Numbered from the stretch's first letter, positions 20,867 to 31,667 are shown. The stretch is DNA of 64,000 bases from an uncultured Desulfobacter sp. (GCA_963665095.1 OY762069.1:4608001-4672000), one strand, 5' to 3'. Numbers and translations are program-made. The notes: generated by a model not told the origin, from the sequence alone.

Positions 20867-23140
20867 ATGAAGCGTATATACCCTCTTTTTTTTCTGATCC
20901 TTTTCATTGCAGCCGGATGCGGTTCTGAACAGCAAAACGCGGAAAAATATATTAAAGAAGGAAAAACGTATTTTGAAAACCAGGAGTTTGCAAAAGCTGA
21001 AATCCAGCTTAAAAATGCACTAAAAATTGCACCTGATTCCATAGAAGCGTACAAGCTGATCAGCCAGACCTTTATGAAGCAGTCCAAGACAAAAGAAGCC
21101 TTTAACGCTTATTTAAGGCTGGAACAGCTGGCTCCCGATGACCTGGAAACCAAACTGGTTCTTGCCTCCCTGTTTATTCTGGCCAAAAAACCATCAGAAG
21201 CAGAAACGCGGATTGATCACGTCCTTAAAGTTGAGCCTGACAATATCAAAGCGCTTCTGGTCAAAGCCGGGATTCTGGCAGCAAATAAAAAAGATATACA
21301 GGAAGCTGAAACCCTTTTGAAACGAATTCTGGAGATTGATTCCGGGCAGACCCAGGCCATGGGGGTATTGGCCAAGCTCTATCTTCAGACAGGACAGATG
21401 CCCAAAGCGGAAGAGATGCTCAAAAAAGCCATTGCCACAGATCCGGACAACGCCAGTTTCCAGACAAGCCTGTTTTATTTATACCTGAAAAATAAACAGG
21501 TGGACCAGGCCCAGGGTGTGCTTGAAACCATGGTGGAACACCATCCGGATCAAATTGAACCCCGGGCCATGCTGGGCAATTTTCATGCGGCAAGAAGGGA
21601 GCTGGACCAGGCAGAGGCGCAGTTTCTAAAAATTATAGAAATGGCGCCGGAAAAAAGCATTTCCCATCTGCTTGCGGCACGCTTCTACAACTCCATAGAA
21701 GAACCCGATAAAGCCGAAAACTATATCAAAAAAGCCCTGGAGCTGGACCCGGAAGATGCCGGGGTCAAGACAGCCTATTCAGAATTTCTTTTTCTGCATA
21801 AAAAATTCGATGAATCAGAAAAAATGGTGGATGAGGTATTGGCCAAACGGCCGGATTATCCCCAGGCAAAGGTTATTAAAGGCAAGCTTTTCATGGTCGG
21901 TAAAAAATGGGATCAGGCCCAGACTATATTTACCTCGCTGTTGGAAGAAGAGCCGGAGTCCGCTGAATACAACTTTCTTTTAGGATCTGTTTTCCTTGAA
22001 AAAAATGATCCCGGCCAGGCCAAACCCTATCTGTCAAAGACCCTTGAGACAAATCCCAGACATTTCAAAGCCCGTCTGATCATGGCGGACCTCTATTTCA
22101 GAAGCCGGGACTTTTTCCTGGCAGAAACAGAGATCAACACAGCATTGAAATTTAAACCCGATGATTACAGGGCTCATTTGCTTAAAGGCCGTATCCTGAC
22201 CGCCCAGAAAGAACTGGATAATGCCATGGCAGAATATGAGGGGCTGATCCAAAAGCATCCCGACATGCCGGCAGCCTATTTTTCAATGGGCAACCTCAAG
22301 CTGAGCCAGGGGGACGAGACATCTGCTCTGGCATTTTATAACCAGGCATTGGACATCAATCCCGCACTCCTTGATGTCTTCACCAATGTCATCCGCATCC
22401 ATATGCACAAAAAAGAGTTCAAAACCGCCCTGGCCAAATGTGATGACAAAATCGTACTGTTCTCAGACCAGACCATTGCCCGCGCTGTGGTTCTTGCCCT
22501 GAAAGGTAAAATTTTAGCGGCAACCAAGGACCTGAGCGGGGCTAAAGCCGCTTTTAGCCAGGCCATTGAAGACAATCCCAAATTTCCTCAGCCCTATTTG
22601 GATCTGGCGGCTGTTTACACCATTGAAAACAACGATTCCGAATTGGTCACGCTGTATAAAAAGCTGATTGCCAACAGGCCGGACCAACCCATTGCCCACA
22701 CCCAGCTCGGAGCCCTTTACGAAAAATCCGGGGAACCCGGTCTTGCTGAAGATTGTTATAAAAATGCCCTGGCTCAGAATCCGCAATATATCCCCGCCCT
22801 TAATAATCTGGCCTATCTGTATGCTGACGGAAACAGAGAAATGAACAAGGCCCTGGAATATGCCAGAAAGGCCAGAGGCCTGGCGGGCGAAGTGCCGCCG
22901 GTCATGGATACTTTGGGATGGGTTTATTACAAAAAGGAGCTCTATGACTCTGCCATTGAGGAATTTAAACTCTGTGTGGAAAAAGAGCCTGAAAATCCGG
23001 TTTTTAACTACCACATAGGCCTGGCATATCAAAAGAAGTGGGATGATGCCAATGCAAAAAAATATTTATCCAGGGCCCTTGAACTTGACAGTTCGTTTAA
23101 AGGCGCTGATAACGCCAGGAATATATTAAAAAAGCTTTAA
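20867..23140 (+). CDS. Long TPR-repeat lipoprotein (PrsT-like)
   Basis: Lipobox IAAGC, many TPR units, LNNLAY..DTLGWVYY; start moved to the ATG behind GGAG. Confidence 0.85.
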   Translation: MKRIYPLFFLILFIAAGCGSEQQNAEKYIKEGKTYFENQEFAKAEIQLKNALKIAPDSIEAYKLISQTFMKQSKTKEAFNAYLRLEQLAPDDLETKLVLASLFILAKKPSEAETRIDHVLKVEPDNIKALLVKAGILAANKKDIQEAETLLKRILEIDSGQTQAMGVLAKLYLQTGQMPKAEEMLKKAIATDPDNASFQTSLFYLYLKNKQVDQAQGVLETMVEHHPDQIEPRAMLGNFHAARRELDQAEAQFLKIIEMAPEKSISHLLAARFYNSIEEPDKAENYIKKALELDPEDAGVKTAYSEFLFLHKKFDESEKMVDEVLAKRPDYPQAKVIKGKLFMVGKKWDQAQTIFTSLLEEEPESAEYNFLLGSVFLEKNDPGQAKPYLSKTLETNPRHFKARLIMADLYFRSRDFFLAETEINTALKFKPDDYRAHLLKGRILTAQKELDNAMAEYEGLIQKHPDMPAAYFSMGNLKLSQGDETSALAFYNQALDINPALLDVFTNVIRIHMHKKEFKTALAKCDDKIVLFSDQTIARAVVLALKGKILAATKDLSGAKAAFSQAIEDNPKFPQPYLDLAAVYTIENNDSELVTLYKKLIANRPDQPIAHTQLGALYEKSGEPGLAEDCYKNALAQNPQYIPALNNLAYLYADGNREMNKALEYARKARGLAGEVPPVMDTLGWVYYKKELYDSAIEEFKLCVEKEPENPVFNYHIGLAYQKKWDDANAKKYLSRALELDSSFKGADNARNILKKL

Positions 23141-23212
23141 GCATCTCATAGATTAAAGTTGTGGTTCCAGTTTCAAACTTGCGTTTTAAGCTGGAAGACA
23201 CGTCACCCCGTT

Positions 23213-25909
23213 ATGACAAGCGCTTTGAATGAATGTCTTTCTTTGTTGCCGGCGTCAGTAAAAAACAGTCCCGGCACCACGGAACTGCCCGTTGTAGCTG
23301 TACTGAAACAGCTGGAAAAGGCTTTGGATAAAACCGGGCGGGCACTGTTCCAGGCCCCGCCCGGGGCCGGAAAAACCACACTTGTGCCCCTGGCACTCAT
23401 GAGCCGCCCCTGGCTTGAAAACAAAAAAATTATCATGCTGGAGCCCCGACGTCTGGCTGCCAGAGCCTGTGCCGCACATATGGCGGCCCTTCTTGGAGAA
23501 TCTGTTGGACAGACCATTGGATACCAGGTGCGTATGGACCGGTGTGTTTCAGATTCAACCCGGGTGGAAGTTGTCACGGAGGGTATTCTGACCCGCAGAA
23601 TACAGCATGATCCAGGGCTTGAGGGGGTGGGGCTTGTAATCTTTGATGAATTTCATGAACGCCACCTTCACGGAGACCTTGCCCTGGCCTTATGCCTTGA
23701 TGCGGCTGAGGTCTTTTGCCCCGATCTGCGTCTCCTGATCATGTCCGCCACCCTGGATACCAGTGCGTTGTCACGGCTTTTGGGCGATGCCCCGGTGATA
23801 ACCTCCAAAGGAAAAGCCTGGCCTGTTGAAACAAAATATGTGGACCCTCAACATCAAAAGGGAACCGGTATCCGGAATAGTGGATCAGGCCCTAAATGGG
23901 CGCGGATTTTACCCACATGCCTGAACACCATCATAAAGGCTTTGGCTGGCCATGACGGCGATATTCTGGTTTTTCTGCCAGGTGCCGCTTCCATCCGGGC
24001 GCTTGCAGAAAAATTGAATACAATCTTCAAATCGGACCCGAAGATCCGGATCTACCCGTTGTTTGGCAATCTGTCCTACAAAGAACAGCAAGCTGCCATT
24101 GTGCCGGCTCCAGCCGGAACCAGAAAAATTGTTCTTGCCACCCCGATTGCCGAGACCTCCTTGACAATCCAGGGCGTCCGGATCGTGGTGGATACAGGTC
24201 TGGTAAACCAGCCGGAATTTTCACCCGGCCGGGGTATGACACGGCTGGAAACCCGACCAGTGTCCCGGGCGTCGGCGGACCAGCGCAGGGGCCGGGCCGG
24301 ACGTACAGCTCCCGGTATCTGCTTTCGGCTGTGGCCGGAACATGTACACCAGGGACTGCTCCCTTTTAACCGGCCTGAAATTTTAATGACGGATTTAACC
24401 CACCTGATGCTTGAACTCAGTCTGTGGGGGGTAACAGACCCTGCTGATCTCAAGTGGCTGGATGCGCCTGCCGGACCTGCTGTTGACAGCGCACGTGCCC
24501 AGCTTATCTCCCTGAACGCCATGGACCCACACTACCGGATCACCAGTCATGGACGCCGGATGCTCACTGCAGGTATCCATCCCCGCCTGGCTCACATGAT
24601 AATTCGTGCCAAAGAGATGGGGCACGGGTTTCTGGGGTGCTGCCTGTGCGCTCTGTTTGAAGAGCGGGATATTATTGCTTCCGGTCGCGGCCGCATGGAT
24701 CCGGACATTGTGCTGCGTCTTGAGATCCTGGAGCAGTTGTCACAGGCCCCAAGGCAGGAAAACTCCCCAGGTCATCCGGATCGGGCTCGGTCCGTCCTTG
24801 CCCAGGCCCGGCGCCTGGCCACCATGTTAAAAATTTCGGACCGGCCGGGAAAAACGTCGGACGCAAAAATTTCTGCCTGGGATTTGTCGGCGGCAGGAAG
24901 GCTTCTGGCTCAGGCGTTTCCAGATCGAGTTGCGGCCCGGCGCACTCAAAAAGGCCTGTCATATTTAACTGCAGCTGGCAGCGGCGTCTTTTTTGAAGCA
25001 GAAAATGCCTTATCCAACCAGGAATTCATTGTAGCGTTTGAGGTGGATGGGAATCCGAAAAATGCCCGTGTTTTTCTGGCGGCCGCCCTGGACCGGACCG
25101 ATCTTGAACATGATTTTGCTCATGATCTGATCCTTCGGGATGTGGTGGCCTGGGATAGTGCGTCTCGGATTGTTAAAGCCGTGTCTCAGACCTGCCTGGG
25201 CGCCATCGTGGTCAGGGAGACGCCTTTGTCCTGTCCGGACCCGGAAAGGGTTCAGGACGCTTTGATGCAAGGTGTCAGAGAGACAGGGCTTCAGATGTTT
25301 GACTGGCCAAAAAAGACAGTGGATTTCAGGCACAGGGTGCTTTTTTTAAAATCGTTGGCAACAGACAGCACGTTAAATCCCACCTTGCTACGGTTCTCTC
25401 AGTTGCCGGATGTAAGCGATCAGGGCCTTGTTAAAACCCTGGAGAGATGGCTTGGGCCATTTATTTCGGGGACAGCATCCGGGGCCGGGCTAAAGCACCT
25501 GGATCTGGATGCCGCGGTAAAAAGTCTTTTTACCTGGAATCAGCTCACACTGATAGACCAGGAGACACCTACCCATTTCCGGGTGCCATCAGGTTCGTCC
25601 ATACCCATCCGCTACACAGACAAAAACGGTCCACTGGCCTCTCCTGTACTGGCGGTCAGAATCCAGGAAATATTCGGGATGACCGCTACACCGGCCATTG
25701 CCGGCGGTCATGTGCATCTCACCCTTCACCTGCTGTCTCCGGCGTCCCGCCCTGTCCAGATCACCACAGACCTTGCGAATTTTTGGGCACACACCTATCA
25801 GGAGGTTAAAAAAGATCTCATGGGACGTTACCCAAAACATTTCTGGCCACAAGACCCGTTATCCGCCCCTGCCACATCGCGGGCAAAACCACGGAAACAG
25901 CACCGGTGA
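23213..25909 (+). CDS. hrpB: ATP-dependent RNA helicase HrpB
   Basis: APPGAGKTT, DEFHER, MSAT, QRRGRAGR, LLSPA.RP.Q.T.DL, GRYPKH.WP; start uncertain. Confidence 0.95.
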   Translation: MTSALNECLSLLPASVKNSPGTTELPVVAVLKQLEKALDKTGRALFQAPPGAGKTTLVPLALMSRPWLENKKIIMLEPRRLAARACAAHMAALLGESVGQTIGYQVRMDRCVSDSTRVEVVTEGILTRRIQHDPGLEGVGLVIFDEFHERHLHGDLALALCLDAAEVFCPDLRLLIMSATLDTSALSRLLGDAPVITSKGKAWPVETKYVDPQHQKGTGIRNSGSGPKWARILPTCLNTIIKALAGHDGDILVFLPGAASIRALAEKLNTIFKSDPKIRIYPLFGNLSYKEQQAAIVPAPAGTRKIVLATPIAETSLTIQGVRIVVDTGLVNQPEFSPGRGMTRLETRPVSRASADQRRGRAGRTAPGICFRLWPEHVHQGLLPFNRPEILMTDLTHLMLELSLWGVTDPADLKWLDAPAGPAVDSARAQLISLNAMDPHYRITSHGRRMLTAGIHPRLAHMIIRAKEMGHGFLGCCLCALFEERDIIASGRGRMDPDIVLRLEILEQLSQAPRQENSPGHPDRARSVLAQARRLATMLKISDRPGKTSDAKISAWDLSAAGRLLAQAFPDRVAARRTQKGLSYLTAAGSGVFFEAENALSNQEFIVAFEVDGNPKNARVFLAAALDRTDLEHDFAHDLILRDVVAWDSASRIVKAVSQTCLGAIVVRETPLSCPDPERVQDALMQGVRETGLQMFDWPKKTVDFRHRVLFLKSLATDSTLNPTLLRFSQLPDVSDQGLVKTLERWLGPFISGTASGAGLKHLDLDAAVKSLFTWNQLTLIDQETPTHFRVPSGSSIPIRYTDKNGPLASPVLAVRIQEIFGMTATPAIAGGHVHLTLHLLSPASRPVQITTDLANFWAHTYQEVKKDLMGRYPKHFWPQDPLSAPATSRAKPRKQHR

Positions 25910-26367
25910 TCAGGCTAAAACTAAAAATGTAGATTTAAAACAACCCGTTTTGTTTCAAATGGTGGCAAAAGTAGTCTAATTCATCCATTCATCGAATTTC
26001 CACATAAAACCTGAAATAATTTATTGAATTCTAAGTGAATCGGTGCTAAGAAACCTATCCTGTAGAATAGAATGTTTTGCCTCTCCTACAGGCAACCGAC
26101 GCGAAGCGATTGCAACAGGACTGAGCAGGTATTGAACTGGTTTTATGGAAGGTTTTTGATTTATTAACTTTTGAACGGCATCTGAACTTGTAACGGATTA
26201 CGGCAATAGCGGCGTTGCGTTTCTTTTAGGGCAATACCCAAAATATATAAAATTTTTGCGTATCCCAAATATTGAAGCATACAATTCCTATTTCCATATA
26301 GTTTACCAAGGGCCTTGTTGCGGCCTTAGAAATAAGCAGGTGCCGGAAATTTTAAAAAGGATTTATA

Positions 26368-27672
26368 ATGGAAGGCGCACTGATCCCCATTATTGTGTTT
26401 CTGGCTGTATACGCGGTAATTACCTTTGAGCTTGTCAACAAGGCTGTGGCCGCTTTATTAGGCGTTATGGTACTGCTGATTCTCCACGTTGTGGATGAAC
26501 ATGAAGCCGTACAGATGATTGATTTTGAAACCATCATGCTGCTGCTGGGCATGATGTCCATTGTGGCAATTCTGCGACGGTCCGGTGTGTTTGCCATGCT
26601 TTCGGTCAAAATCGCCAGTCTGACCGGTGGCAATCCCTTAAAAATCCTGGTGCTGTTTTCCGTTGTGACGGCAGTCATGTCTGCATTTCTTGATAATGTT
26701 ACCACTGTTCTGATCATTATTCCCATCATTATTGAACTGTCCAAGGGCATGGGGCTGGATCCCAAAATTTTTGTCATCAGCCAGGCCGTGATCTCCAATA
26801 TCGGTGGAACCGCCACCCTCATTGGTGATCCGCCCAATATTATCATTGGTTCAAAGGTGGGATTGTCCTTTAATCAGTTTATGATTTATCTGACAGGGCC
26901 TGTTGTTGTGACATTTTTCGTTGCACTGTTCTACCTGTGGTACACCAATCGGGACAAATTCAAACCCATTGATGACAGCCTTGTGAAACTGTTCAATATC
27001 CAGCTGCTGCTGGAAAAAATAAAAATAGAATTTGTAAATACCAAAATCGATAAAAAGATGATGATCAAGGGCCTTGCCTGTCTTGGCATCGCCATTCTGC
27101 TTTTTGTGACCCAAACCATTACCAAAATGTCCCCGGGCGTGGTGGCCGTATTTATGGCCATGATTCTGTTCGTTGTTTCCGGTGCTGATGTTGAGCACAT
27201 GCTTGAGGATGTGGAATGGTCCACGCTGCTGTTCTTTGCCGGTCTTTTCATTCTTGTTGGGGTCCTGGAGCATAAAGGCGTTATTGAGTGGGTGGCCCAC
27301 AAAGTCTTTTTACGCATCGGTGACAATCCGTATGTCATGGTACTCACAGTATTGTGGGTATCGGGAATCGTGTCCGGTTTTCTGGATAACATCCCCTTTA
27401 CCATTACCATGATCCCCATTGTTCACCTGATGCTCGAGAACACCCCTATTCCCCACAACATTCTGTGGTGGGCGTTAAGTTTAGGGGCGTGTTTTGGCGG
27501 CAACCTGACCATGATCGGGGCGTCTGCCAATATTGTATCGGTGGGCATCGCCAAACAGTCCAAGGTGAACATCAGTTTTCTTGAGTTCATGAAGGTGGGC
27601 GCTGCTGTAACGTTTATCAGTTTAATTATCAGTTCTATCCTTTTAACCCTATTTTTATGGTGGGCATTATAA
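26368..27672 (+). CDS. ArsB/NhaD (ion transporter superfamily) permease
   Basis: SAFLDNVTT, GGTATLIGDPPN, SGFLDNIPF, GGNLTMIGASAN; highly hydrophobic. Confidence 0.9.
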   Translation: MEGALIPIIVFLAVYAVITFELVNKAVAALLGVMVLLILHVVDEHEAVQMIDFETIMLLLGMMSIVAILRRSGVFAMLSVKIASLTGGNPLKILVLFSVVTAVMSAFLDNVTTVLIIIPIIIELSKGMGLDPKIFVISQAVISNIGGTATLIGDPPNIIIGSKVGLSFNQFMIYLTGPVVVTFFVALFYLWYTNRDKFKPIDDSLVKLFNIQLLLEKIKIEFVNTKIDKKMMIKGLACLGIAILLFVTQTITKMSPGVVAVFMAMILFVVSGADVEHMLEDVEWSTLLFFAGLFILVGVLEHKGVIEWVAHKVFLRIGDNPYVMVLTVLWVSGIVSGFLDNIPFTITMIPIVHLMLENTPIPHNILWWALSLGACFGGNLTMIGASANIVSVGIAKQSKVNISFLEFMKVGAAVTFISLIISSILLTLFLWWAL

Positions 27673-28643
27673 TGAATAAAAAAAACCAAGCCAATATGTA
27701 TAAGCTGATCCGGGACCTCAGCGAAGTCCAGGGGACAGCCCGGATTACCGAAATGTGTTTAAAAGCCTTTATTGAGTCCATTCGTCTGCTTAAATGCAAA
27801 CGGGACCAAATGGTGGCGCTTTACCGGGATCTGGCCCGGGCCATCCGCTCTTCCCAACCGGCCATCATTCCCCTGATCCGTCTGCTGGAGTACTTTGAGT
27901 CGGATATGGAACGTGAAATTAAACCTGAAATGGATGTTGATGAGGTTAAGAAGGTCAGCATCAGAAGCCTTGAGGAACGGATTTCCCAGTTCCGTCGTAA
28001 TACCACCCGGGTGACTGAAAACGGCCTGGCTTATGTGAAAAATCGTGACGTGATCATTGTCCATTCCCCCAGCACCGTGGTTAACAATATCCTGGTCCAG
28101 GCCAGAAAAGAGCTGAAGCGGGAGTTCAAGGTGATTGTTCTTGACCTGCTGACTGAAAGGACCCGCCAGACCGTTCAGGCTCTTCAGGATGCCGGTGTGG
28201 AATATATTGTAACTCCGGCCCATAACTTAAGCCACCATGTTGACAATGCAAACAAAATGTTTCTCGGTGCCATGACCATTACCAAGGACCGCAAAATTGT
28301 GGCACCTGTTGGTATGGCCGGTTCTGTATCCATGTGCCGTCATCACGGTGTTGAGGTCCATCTGTTTGCCAATACCCTGAACTGGTCCACCAGAACCTCG
28401 GCAGAACAGAACATTTTTCAGGCTGAGGAAGCCGCTCAGATCGGCAGTACGGATTTTTCCATGACCACCCATTCCCACAGTCTGGTCAGCCTTGATTTGA
28501 TTGACCATATTGTTACAGAAATCGGAGAGGTCTCTGCTGAAGGCAAACTGGTGATTCCGCCCGTTGAAGCGACATCCGGCGTTCCCAACGATGAAAAAAT
28601 GTCGTTTACAACAACAGGTATACCGGAAATGTCTCCATCCTGA
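27672..28643 (+). CDS. eIF-2B alpha/beta/delta / ribose-1,5-bisphosphate isomerase-fold protein, probably non-catalytic
   Basis: Helical N-terminal domain, DVIIVHSPSTVV, FKVIV, KMFLGAM, IDHIVTEIG; ATG overlaps the upstream TAA. Confidence 0.78.
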   Translation: MNKKNQANMYKLIRDLSEVQGTARITEMCLKAFIESIRLLKCKRDQMVALYRDLARAIRSSQPAIIPLIRLLEYFESDMEREIKPEMDVDEVKKVSIRSLEERISQFRRNTTRVTENGLAYVKNRDVIIVHSPSTVVNNILVQARKELKREFKVIVLDLLTERTRQTVQALQDAGVEYIVTPAHNLSHHVDNANKMFLGAMTITKDRKIVAPVGMAGSVSMCRHHGVEVHLFANTLNWSTRTSAEQNIFQAEEAAQIGSTDFSMTTHSHSLVSLDLIDHIVTEIGEVSAEGKLVIPPVEATSGVPNDEKMSFTTTGIPEMSPS

Positions 28644-28728
28644 TGAAAATCCAAAAGACGACTGCGGTCGTATTTTAAGGAACACTGCGTCACACCCAGA
28701 TAACACTGGGTGACGGCAGGCAATAGAT

Positions 28729-28769
28729 ATATCCCGTCCGGGGTCACAACCCGGTCGGGATATTTTTTT
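28729..28769 (+). terminator. Intrinsic terminator of the permease operon
   Basis: ATATCCCGtCCGGG-loop-CCCGGtCGGGATAT followed by T6. Confidence 0.75.
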
Positions 28770-29150
28770 AAGGCCTGTGTACGAACATCTCTTTTATGCA
28801 CCTTTTAATATGTACGGATTTCCAGGCGATATGCCACGGGAAGCTCTTCTGGTCTCTTGAAAAATTCGCTTTACATCCCTGGACCGCCATCGTATTATTC
28901 TACCATATGGTGCCTGGCATACCTTACAACCGGGGAGTAGTCAGGCGCTCTGTCGTTTACATTCGCTCACACTAGAAAACTGCAATCCCAAAAATCTTGA
29001 CCTTATACACTTAAAGCGAAGAGGGTTGAAATATAAAGACAGACGTTCGTCTTCAGGAAATATTTCGCTATTTCTTATCGTCCCGATAAGATGTGGCGGG
29101 CTTTCTTTATATCAGCCGGTATTTTGAAGCAATAGCCAAGGAGATGCAGG

Positions 29151-31625
29151 ATGTCTCATACTGCAAAAATTTTGATTGTTAATGACGACAAACATGTTCG
29201 ACAAAGCGTTGACAGTTTTTGCCAGTCCCTTGGATTTGAATCTGTCTGCGCAGAAAACGGCCAGGCAGGCCTGCATCTTCTTGAGGCCCAGAATCCGGAT
29301 CTGATACTGCTGGATCTTGAGATTTCCGATATGAACGGCCTGGACATACTGGCGCAAAGCAGAAAAATAGTCCCTGACACCCCCGTGATTGCAATCGCTG
29401 AAAAAAAACTGGCGGAAAAAATGGTGCAGGCCTTGAAACTTGGGGCTTGTGACTGTCTGAAAAAACCAATTCACAATTTTTCAATTTTAGAGCACTCAAT
29501 CAAAGAGGCCCTGGATAAAGCCCGGTTAATTAAAGAAAATCAGGATTACCAGTTTCATCTGGAAAAAATGGTCAAAAATCGAACGGCAGAGCTTGAAAAG
29601 GTCAATTCGAATTTAACTCTTTTTAACAACCGGTTGCACTCACTTGTGGAGACCATCGGGGGGCTGGCCTTGTGCAAAGACATGGTTCAATACCCCGGCC
29701 TGGTCCTGGAAAAATTTTCAGCACAGATAGAGGCAGACGGCGGTAGCCTCTATGTGGTAAATGAACACGGGTTAAGGCTTATGGCAGCCATAGATCCCGG
29801 TCATGCCGCCATATCCCTTCCTTTTCCTTTGCCTGCCGGCTCCATTCTCCATCAGGTACTTGCCCAAAAAAAGCCGTTGCTGGTAAAGGATATTACCCAG
29901 GTTGAAGATATCAGGCCCAGCTCATGGCACGGGTATACGGACGGCTCCCTGCTCAGTTTTCCGGTCCTTGATGCCAGCGGCGGCCAGGTAGAGGCGGTTA
30001 TCAGCCTGCACAGCAGGCAAAATGCCCCGTTTACAGAACAGGATAAAGAGATCGGCACTATCCTGGCGTCCTATTCAAGCGAAACCCTGCGGGCTGTCCG
30101 GGCCTTTTATGCGGTTCAGAAAAGCGAGGTCCGTTACCGGACACTTTTTGAAAAATCAAACGATGCTATATTTATCGTGGATAAGCACACCGGACAGTAC
30201 AGGGACTGTAACAAAGCAGGTGCTGCCCTTGTCGGCCGCCCGATTAACGAGATCAGGAAGCTGACCAGAAACGATTTAACGGCCGAAGTGGAGGCTTCCC
30301 AGGGGCGACGACAAGGGACAAGGCGAGCCCCATCGCATCTGTTACCGCCGGAGACCGTCATGTACCTGCGTCCGGATAGCACCCGTCGGCCTGCAAAGGT
30401 AAATATTGTTCCTCTGGATAAACAGCTGGAAATCGAGATTGCAAGGGATATCTCCCAGGACCTTGAAATGGAACGGCAGCTTAGACACTCCAGAAAAATG
30501 GAGGCCATTGGCACCCTGGCAGGCGGCATTGCCCATGATTTTAATAATATTCTGTCCGGTATTCTTGGATATTCCCAGCTTGTGGAGATCCATGCGGATA
30601 ACCCGGAGGCCGTTAAAAGAAACCTGGCACAGGTAATCAAGGGGGCTGCCCGGGCCGGAGAATTGGTTCAGCAGATTCTGACTTTCAGCCGCCAGGTGGA
30701 GCACGAGCCCAAACCCCTTCGGCTCTACCTTATCGTTAAGGAGGCTGTAAAGTTTTTACGGTCATCCATTCCCTCAAGCATTGAAATTATAGAGAAAATC
30801 ACCAGTCGTAACCAGGTCATGGCAGATGCCACCCAGGTCCACCAGGTAATCATCAACCTGTGTACCAATGCCTACCATGCCATTGGCGACCATTGCCAGG
30901 GCCGGATGACGGTTGCCCTGGAAGATATTGAGCTGGATCAGACACAGGCCCGGCATGGCTGCGACCCCGGCCGCTACGTCCGGTTACGGGTGGCAGATAC
31001 AGGAAAAGGCATCGACCAGAGTATCATAGACAGAATTTTTGACCCCTATTTTACCACCAAGGAGATGAGCCAGGGCACCGGGCTCGGCCTGGCTGTGGTG
31101 GACGGCATTGTAAAAAAACACAATGGATTTATCAGGGTTAACACCCAGGCGGACCATGGGACTGAGTTCAGCGTGTTCTTTCCCGAGGCCGACATGGCTG
31201 TGAACACTGCTGAAGACCGGCCTGCGTCCCGGGAACTTGTAAAAGGATCCGGGCATGTACTGCTGGTGGAGGATGAGGTGCCCATTCTTGACACAGTCTG
31301 TAAAATTTTAGAAAAAATCGGATACCAGGTGGACGATTTCCTGGACGGAAAATCTGCCATGACGGCTTTTGAACAGGACCCGCACAGATACGACATTGTC
31401 ATAACTGACATGAGCATGCCCCAGATGAACGGAAGGGACCTGGCAAGGGGAATTCTGGCATTACGGCCTGATATGCCCATTATCCTCTGCACAGGATTTC
31501 ACGAAACCTTTACCCGGGAAAAGGCGCTTAAGGAGGGCATCAGGCGGTATATCCAGAAGCCGGTCACCGGCCGGGAGCTGTCTGTCATTATCAAAGAGGA
31601 GATCTGTGGAAGAAAAGGCCGATGA
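29151..31625 (+). CDS. Cytoplasmic hybrid kinase (REC-GAF-PAS-HisKA-HATPase-REC)
   Basis: N-terminal receiver, GAF, YRTLFE PAS, AHDFNN, NLCTNA, GTGLGL, C-terminal receiver. Confidence 0.9.
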   Translation: MSHTAKILIVNDDKHVRQSVDSFCQSLGFESVCAENGQAGLHLLEAQNPDLILLDLEISDMNGLDILAQSRKIVPDTPVIAIAEKKLAEKMVQALKLGACDCLKKPIHNFSILEHSIKEALDKARLIKENQDYQFHLEKMVKNRTAELEKVNSNLTLFNNRLHSLVETIGGLALCKDMVQYPGLVLEKFSAQIEADGGSLYVVNEHGLRLMAAIDPGHAAISLPFPLPAGSILHQVLAQKKPLLVKDITQVEDIRPSSWHGYTDGSLLSFPVLDASGGQVEAVISLHSRQNAPFTEQDKEIGTILASYSSETLRAVRAFYAVQKSEVRYRTLFEKSNDAIFIVDKHTGQYRDCNKAGAALVGRPINEIRKLTRNDLTAEVEASQGRRQGTRRAPSHLLPPETVMYLRPDSTRRPAKVNIVPLDKQLEIEIARDISQDLEMERQLRHSRKMEAIGTLAGGIAHDFNNILSGILGYSQLVEIHADNPEAVKRNLAQVIKGAARAGELVQQILTFSRQVEHEPKPLRLYLIVKEAVKFLRSSIPSSIEIIEKITSRNQVMADATQVHQVIINLCTNAYHAIGDHCQGRMTVALEDIELDQTQARHGCDPGRYVRLRVADTGKGIDQSIIDRIFDPYFTTKEMSQGTGLGLAVVDGIVKKHNGFIRVNTQADHGTEFSVFFPEADMAVNTAEDRPASRELVKGSGHVLLVEDEVPILDTVCKILEKIGYQVDDFLDGKSAMTAFEQDPHRYDIVITDMSMPQMNGRDLARGILALRPDMPIILCTGFHETFTREKALKEGIRRYIQKPVTGRELSVIIKEEICGRKGR

Positions 31626-31641
31626 TCGTCGTAAGTTGTTC

Positions 31642-31667
31642 TCCGGCACAGAAAAATCTGTGCCGGA
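31642..31667. terminator. Hairpin between convergent genes (probable terminator)
   Basis: TCCGGCACAGA-AAAA-TCTGTGCCGGA, perfect 11-bp stem. Confidence 0.6.

Noticed and set aside
28932..28966. yybP-ykoY (Mn) riboswitch suggested by GGGGAGTAG
   Set aside because: The downstream conserved GAGACC and CAAYA-type elements were not found, and the gene context does not fit.
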